Virus record (IMG/VR): IMGVR_UViG_3300035497_000279 | Span: 64,001-128,000 of that record | Length of the DNA: 64,000 nt | Strand: one strand, 5' to 3' | Origin: a virus | Taxonomy: Duplodnaviria; Caudoviricetes | Made by a program: the position numbers and the translations under genes | Notes under the pieces: generated by a model | What the model was told of the DNA's origin: nothing | What the model saw: the letters and a program-made list of their open reading frames with translations, nothing else | The model's database searches: none | Shown: positions 58,805 to 64,000 of the stretch, piece after piece | Numbering within the stretch: position 1 is the stretch's first letter | Layout of the letters: each line of letters starts with the position of its first letter

Positions 58805-59476
58805 ATGACAACTAGAAACACGTTAGAAATATGTACTGATGCATCAACTAAAGAATTTCCTAATAAGAGGGTATTTGGTTGTGCAGGAGCAGTATGTATT
58901 AACACCGGAGAGAGTAGATACATAATTAGTCAGGATACTACGAATAACAGATCTGAACTAATTGCTATCTACACTGGAATTAAATTGGCTGAGGATATAA
59001 TCTTGGCTAATCCTGGAGTATATACTGATATAAAGTTATACTCAGATAGTCAATTTGGAATATTTGGCTTAACTAAGTGGATGGATTCTTGGTTATCAAA
59101 GCGGGATGATAAAGGGGTAATGTATGGCTCTAATAATAAACCTGTCAAGAACCAAGAGCTGTTTAAAGCAATCATCACTTATTTGACTACCCATAATCTT
59201 AGGGTAAGAATGTTACATCAGTCAGGACATGTAAATTGCAAAAATAGCAATGCATTGGCTGAAGCTAACAAAGTGTTCTGCGCAAGTAATGGATTCTTAT
59301 TAGATGTGGAAGATATCTATAAAATATCTAAATATAATGATATTGTAGATAAAGAAAGCAGACGCAGACTTCAGGATATTGATCCGGATCAGTATCCTAT
59401 TGCAGATTACTCGGGAAATTATACAATTATGTGTAATTATGTTATTCCGAATGATTATAAATATTACGTTTCGTAA
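58805..59476 (+). CDS. rnhA: ribonuclease HI
   Basis: ICTDAS, TNNRSELIA, YSDSQ, VKNQEL, SGH, NDIVD. Confidence 0.88.
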   Translation: MTTRNTLEICTDASTKEFPNKRVFGCAGAVCINTGESRYIISQDTTNNRSELIAIYTGIKLAEDIILANPGVYTDIKLYSDSQFGIFGLTKWMDSWLSKRDDKGVMYGSNNKPVKNQELFKAIITYLTTHNLRVRMLHQSGHVNCKNSNALAEANKVFCASNGFLLDVEDIYKISKYNDIVDKESRRRLQDIDPDQYPIADYSGNYTIMCNYVIPNDYKYYVS

Positions 59477-59500
59477 AATAACCTAAGGAGGAGAAAATAT

Positions 59501-60868
59501 ATGAATACGGACTTTTATAACAGTATTAACGATGGAACGTTTGGTAATACTGCTCCGATGCCAATGTATTATCAGCAGCAGCCAAACTATTATTACGACA
59601 ATGGTCAGCAGGATGCACAGACAACTTTTTCTGTTGGAGGGTATAATTATTTTACATCTCCACAGGAACCAATGTATTATCAGCAGCCGGTATATCAGTA
59701 TGAACAGCCGATGTATCAGCCACAGCCAATGTATCAGACACAGTATCCTATTTATAATTCGCAGTGTCAGGACACAAATTCTAATAAGCCAGTATATGTT
59801 ATACAAGGATGTGTAGACGAACCGGTTTATCAGCAGCCAATGTACCAGTATGAACAGTCAATGTATTATCAGCAGCCGGTATATCAGCCGCAGGAACCAA
59901 TGTATTATCAGGATACAAATTATCAGCAGCCACAGTACACAATACAGTCATACAATCAGGCAGTTCAGCAGGAACAGTCAGTACAGCAGACAGAATCAAA
60001 TCAGCAGGCATCAGATAAGAAATCTATATTTGGTGGAGATTATGATAATCCTTATGCTGGAGTATTTGCTCCTTATAAGAAGCCTCAGCCTTATTATGGA
60101 GACCATGCTTATCCTGGAGTGTCATATAACAACTATAATGGAAATGGTGGTGTTAGTAGATTTAACATACAGTACCCATATAGAGCATCTTCAAAGTTCA
60201 GGAATCAGCAGATGCAGGAGATCAATATGGCAAAAGAGGCAGAAAAGATGAAGTACAGATTATGTGCAGCTTTCAATGGTAGAGAGATAAATGAAGAAGC
60301 TCTTGAAAATATGATTGAAATGCGATATAATCCTAACGCTATGTATGAAAGAATGTCTCCAGAAGAAAGAAACGAATTGATGGAATGGAACCAAGTAGTT
60401 CAATTATCTCGTATGGCTAACGATCCATATCATGTGACTAAATTTGATATACAAGCTATGAAGATGAGAGAAAGATCTGCAAATTATCATGAGGAATTAG
60501 ATAATCATTCTTTGGCAGAATTCTTAGATAATGATTTATGGAAACTCCAGAGAGAAGATTGGATTGCAAAATATGTTGATCGCCACGCTAGAAGAGACTT
60601 AAGAAGATCATACAATCCTGCGGAATATGGGGATTTATTAAAATCACACATAACAGAAGGGAGTTTTATTTCAGAGCTTATGAAAAATGATAGAAATGAC
60701 GGATTTTATGAAGATGAAAATGGAGTAACTTTTGAGCTTGATAAAGATACCAATACTTTGAGAATTAGTAGACCCCCACTTCCAGAATCTGTTTCATCAG
60801 AAGCAGTTCAAAAAAGTAGACGTGAATGGACAAAGTATATATTAGACGGAATTTATAATAAACCATGA
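59501..60868 (+). CDS. protein with Q/Y/P-rich low-complexity N-terminus and helical C-terminus
   Basis: Repeats of PMYYQQPVYQ; GGAGGAG ribosome-binding site. Confidence 0.75.
   Translation: MNTDFYNSINDGTFGNTAPMPMYYQQQPNYYYDNGQQDAQTTFSVGGYNYFTSPQEPMYYQQPVYQYEQPMYQPQPMYQTQYPIYNSQCQDTNSNKPVYVIQGCVDEPVYQQPMYQYEQSMYYQQPVYQPQEPMYYQDTNYQQPQYTIQSYNQAVQQEQSVQQTESNQQASDKKSIFGGDYDNPYAGVFAPYKKPQPYYGDHAYPGVSYNNYNGNGGVSRFNIQYPYRASSKFRNQQMQEINMAKEAEKMKYRLCAAFNGREINEEALENMIEMRYNPNAMYERMSPEERNELMEWNQVVQLSRMANDPYHVTKFDIQAMKMRERSANYHEELDNHSLAEFLDNDLWKLQREDWIAKYVDRHARRDLRRSYNPAEYGDLLKSHITEGSFISELMKNDRNDGFYEDENGVTFELDKDTNTLRISRPPLPESVSSEAVQKSRREWTKYILDGIYNKP
59560..59940 (+). repeat. in-frame degenerate repeats encoding (E)PMY(Y)QQPVYQ
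   Basis: 29-bp identical block caatgtattatcagcagccggtatatcag at 59670 and 59859, plus shorter copies. Confidence 0.85.
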
Positions 60869-60887
60869 TAAGAAGGAGGGATTAAAA

Positions 60888-62564
60888 ATGTCCAGAATTA
60901 GTGTTTTGGATACATTGTATACAAAAAACAGGAAAAGTGCTTCTGAATTTGATTATGATAAATTATATGCCCCACCAATTACGGCGTTAATTCCGCCTCA
61001 GGATATCAGGGAGCTTAGCAATGTTTCCAGTAGTCTTAAGTTAAATGGGAACATGGATAAGAAGTATAAAATCATAGATCAAATAATGACAATGAGAGGA
61101 TTTAGAAAATCTCATTGTGGAACTAACAGAGTTGTTTATGATTGTTTAGAAGTTCCTACAATTGTAGCGAAGATAGCTCTGGACAGAGTTGGTAAGAAGG
61201 ATTCACCAGCAGAATTTAGGAATCAAAATTTCTTTAAGCCATTCTGTTGTAAGATATTTGAAGTAGACCCTACTGGATCTGTGGCTTTTGTAGAGAAAGT
61301 AAATCCTGTATCATCTTTGGAGGAATTTATGTCTATATCAGATGACGTATTCGATTTATTAATCTCAAAAATAATTGGCAGGTATGTTGTTGATGATCTT
61401 GGCTCTGATTCTTATATGAATTTTGGAATTAGAGATTGTGCAAATGGTTGTAGATTTGGTCCTGTAATTATTGATTATCCATATGCTTATGAATTAGATG
61501 GTAATAAGCTTATATGTAGTAGAGAAATTGATACTACGATCGGAAAAGCAATTTGTGGAGGCGAAATTGATTACGATGCTGGATTTAATCATTTATATTG
61601 CTGTAGATGTGGTAAAAGATATACAGCACAGGATCTTGCTAAAGAAACTAAAGATATAATGATGTTTGGAAGTGATGTTAAGGAGGTAATAGGCATGAGA
61701 GCAAGAGTAATTAGTGATGGTAAGGTTATATTAGATTCTGGTCGTTCTAGTGATACGTATATGTCAAAGGACGACTATAACAACATTAATTCTACAATTA
61801 TGTTACCGGGTAGAGAATATGTTGTATCAAAGACATTGCGCAAAAAGTATAAGTCATCAAGCGATGTCAGAAGGGATTATTATACTGATCTCCAGAGGAA
61901 GTATTTTAGCAATACTAATACAGAAGAGCACAATGATACTAATGAAGTTATCGTAGACGACACAATTGATTCCGGTGATGTTGAACAGGTTATTGTAGAT
62001 ACTACAGAAAAGATTTATGAAGAAGATAAATCTAATCAGACTGTAGTAGATGAAACCATAGAATCTGATTCTAGAGAGATTGAATCTATGATAATGCCTG
62101 AAGTTTATAATCGACAGGAAGTAACAGATGACCATGATACAGAAAATGCTGAGAATAACAACGACGATAACAATGATAGTAATGAGCCTAATAATGATAA
62201 GGAGGTAGATAATTCTAAAGAAGAAAATATAGAATCTGAGTCTAATGAGGAAGTAGTAGAAGAATCTACTACTGAGGAAGTCGACGAAGATAATACGGAA
62301 GATTTAGACACTGATGAAACTAATCAGGATGAAGAACCGGATTATTCTAATTATGTACCGCCAGTTGAAGAGGATCAAAATAATTATAGCGAGGAGGACC
62401 ATGAAGAAGATAACTACAATGATATTATCGAATTAGAGGCTCATCAAAGCGGAAAGCGTAATAAGAAGAATAGAACCAAAAAGAAACCTTCTAAGCGCAA
62501 TATTGAAAAGCATAGTAGTAGATTTAAAGGTTACGGATCAGATGATGATTGGTCAGAATATTAA
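60888..62564 (+). CDS. protein-kinase-like protein with Cys-rich finger and long acidic tail
   Basis: GTNRVVY (Gly loop), VAKIA (VAxK), helix Glu, DLGSDSYMNFG (catalytic D..N), IIDY (DFG equivalent); C..C..CCRC; D/E/N-rich tail. Confidence 0.6.
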   Translation: MSRISVLDTLYTKNRKSASEFDYDKLYAPPITALIPPQDIRELSNVSSSLKLNGNMDKKYKIIDQIMTMRGFRKSHCGTNRVVYDCLEVPTIVAKIALDRVGKKDSPAEFRNQNFFKPFCCKIFEVDPTGSVAFVEKVNPVSSLEEFMSISDDVFDLLISKIIGRYVVDDLGSDSYMNFGIRDCANGCRFGPVIIDYPYAYELDGNKLICSREIDTTIGKAICGGEIDYDAGFNHLYCCRCGKRYTAQDLAKETKDIMMFGSDVKEVIGMRARVISDGKVILDSGRSSDTYMSKDDYNNINSTIMLPGREYVVSKTLRKKYKSSSDVRRDYYTDLQRKYFSNTNTEEHNDTNEVIVDDTIDSGDVEQVIVDTTEKIYEEDKSNQTVVDETIESDSREIESMIMPEVYNRQEVTDDHDTENAENNNDDNNDSNEPNNDKEVDNSKEENIESESNEEVVEESTTEEVDEDNTEDLDTDETNQDEEPDYSNYVPPVEEDQNNYSEEDHEEDNYNDIIELEAHQSGKRNKKNRTKKKPSKRNIEKHSSRFKGYGSDDDWSEY

Positions 62565-62581
62565 TTAAGGAGGATATAAAA

Positions 62582-63157
62582 ATGAATGAAGTAAGAAAAG
62601 CACCAGAGAAAGGTAGTATTTTTAAGAACATTAAAAATGAGCATTATCAGGTAATAGATATTGCTAAGCAAACAAATACTGGAGAATCGCTTGTTATATA
62701 CAAAGCTTTATTTGGTAGCGGTACTATATATGCAAGTCCTTATGATCTTTTCATGAATGAAGTAGATCATAATATATTCCCAGGAGCTGAGCAGAAGTAT
62801 GTAATGGAGTATGTACGCACTAAGAAAAATCACAATGTTATTACTCTCTGTGGCTCAACCAAATTCAAAGCTGAATTTGAAAGGCTCAATAAAGAGCTTA
62901 CTCTCAAAGGAAATGTTGTTATTAGTCTTGGTACGTATGAGCATTCAGGTGACTCAGAAGTCTGGGAAGGGATGGAAGATGGTACTTATACCAAGACCAA
63001 ATTAATGCTTGATGAGATGCATTTACAGAAAATTGATATGTGCGATCAAATTATGGTTGTAAATGTAGGTGGATATATTGGAGAGTCCACAGCAAATGAA
63101 ATTGAGTATGCTAAACTTCTCGGAAAGGATATATTATATCTTGAAGAAAGGGAGTGA
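62582..63157 (+). CDS. DUF1653-like domain fused to a nucleoside 2-deoxyribosyltransferase-like domain
   Basis: N-terminal YQVIDIAK.T.TGE.LVIYKAL..IYA.P..LF..EVD; C-terminal ITLCGS..HLQKIDMCD..GYIGEST..EIEYA. Confidence 0.65.
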   Translation: MNEVRKAPEKGSIFKNIKNEHYQVIDIAKQTNTGESLVIYKALFGSGTIYASPYDLFMNEVDHNIFPGAEQKYVMEYVRTKKNHNVITLCGSTKFKAEFERLNKELTLKGNVVISLGTYEHSGDSEVWEGMEDGTYTKTKLMLDEMHLQKIDMCDQIMVVNVGGYIGESTANEIEYAKLLGKDILYLEERE

Positions 63158-63161
63158 TAAT

Positions 63162-63806
63162 ATGTTCAATTCTCATACAATGAGTGTAGTAACAGATTTA
63201 AACATGATTGCCGGTTATATTAATAATATTGACCTTGTTACCGTGGCTGCAATAACAGCTACTGGTAATTATCCTAACCATCCTAATATCTATAATGCTG
63301 GTATCTTAATGCCACCTACAGAGATATTAATGAGATGGGCTGACGGTGATGATTTTGCTATGCAGAATGATTATCCTGCATATCTTGCCAGTAGAGATCC
63401 TGATGAGATGATTGTTGCTTTATTGGCAGCAATGACAAAAAAGAATATTATTCTCTATATCCCGTATGATGAATTTATGGTGTATGGTGAGATTTTATTG
63501 AATCATATATATTACATGTATGGAATTACATGTAATCTTATGAATGTACAATTCAATGTGAATCAAACCAAAATACCATATATTATGAGTAAATTCTACA
63601 TGATGGATTTGATGGATCCAGAAGATTATATATCAATGTATCCATCAAATCAACCACTGCCAAATTTTGTAATTAACAAATTAGCAGTGCAATTACATCC
63701 ATTTAATCGTCCAGCTACTTACGAGGAGTATGTATCGTATTTTAATAATATGAATGCTAACAAAATTCCAAAGGAAATGAAAAACATGGTAACACTTGTG
63801 AGGTAG
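63162..63806 (+). CDS. hypothetical protein
   Basis: GGGAGTG ribosome-binding site before ATG 63162. Confidence 0.65.
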   Translation: MFNSHTMSVVTDLNMIAGYINNIDLVTVAAITATGNYPNHPNIYNAGILMPPTEILMRWADGDDFAMQNDYPAYLASRDPDEMIVALLAAMTKKNIILYIPYDEFMVYGEILLNHIYYMYGITCNLMNVQFNVNQTKIPYIMSKFYMMDLMDPEDYISMYPSNQPLPNFVINKLAVQLHPFNRPATYEEYVSYFNNMNANKIPKEMKNMVTLVR

Positions 63807-63810
63807 TAGA

Positions 63811-63999
63811 ATGGTAGTATTTACGGATAAAAGAGAACTAATACCAATTATTGTGGATAGATTCAAAAACAAGGAATTGTGTATAATGAATCTATCCTCA
63901 TACTATAGTGGTTATTTAGATGTGACACCATTAATTACCGGCATAAGTCCGATTAATAATACTGGTATGCCCACAAATATTTTTGTGGATTCTGTAGAT
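63811..63999 (+). CDS. hypothetical protein, 3'-truncated by window edge
   Basis: GAGGT ribosome-binding site; ATG 63811; frame open to the window end (MVVFTDKRELIPIIVDRF...). Confidence 0.6.
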   Translation, partial: MVVFTDKRELIPIIVDRFKNKELCIMNLSSYYSGYLDVTPLITGISPINNTGMPTNIFVDSVD

Positions 64000-64000
64000 T

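Noticed and set aside
59560-59940. CRISPR-like repeat cluster
   Set aside because: Degenerate, in-frame coding repeats with no unique spacers
1-64000. Stop-codon recoding as seen in some gut jumbo phages
   Set aside because: Standard code gives long intact ORFs and near-complete coding density; TAA, TAG and TGA all serve as stops
1-64000. tRNA, rRNA or other structured RNA genes
   Set aside because: Intergenic gaps are short, and I recognised no cloverleaf or T-loop signature by eye; a covariance-model scan was not possible

Overview
AT-rich, gene-dense 64-kb segment of a jumbo myovirus related to the AR9/PBS1/phiKZ group. The host is probably a Firmicute (inferred from strong GGAGG ribosome-binding sites and Gram-positive cell-wall hydrolase and binding domains). 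The window holds: a 3771-aa tape-measure-like protein ending in C39-peptidase, GH24-lysozyme and CHAP domains; baseplate/tail genes; RusA; a block of paralogous internal-head proteins with a Zn-peptidase; a large phage multisubunit RNA polymerase beta-like subunit; a ~15-kb receptor-binding module; nucleotide-metabolism genes (thyA, dut); RNase H; and a Q/Y/P low-complexity protein next to a kinase-like protein. A late-promoter motif (NACA-N6-TAA, like the AR9 late consensus) precedes most structural operons on both strands. The most striking element is a tandem array of seven adhesin-like genes (41861-52888). Each has a conserved MS-x-x-x-RN N-terminus, 1-5 Ig-like (Big_3-type) domains and a hypervariable DUF6273/C-type-lectin-like tip. 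The genes share near-invariant DNA blocks, including synonymous sites, inside otherwise diverged sequence, which suggests a recombination or gene-conversion system for shuffling receptor-binding modules. No reverse transcriptase or invertase is present in the window. All family assignments come from motif recognition by eye; no database searches were run.
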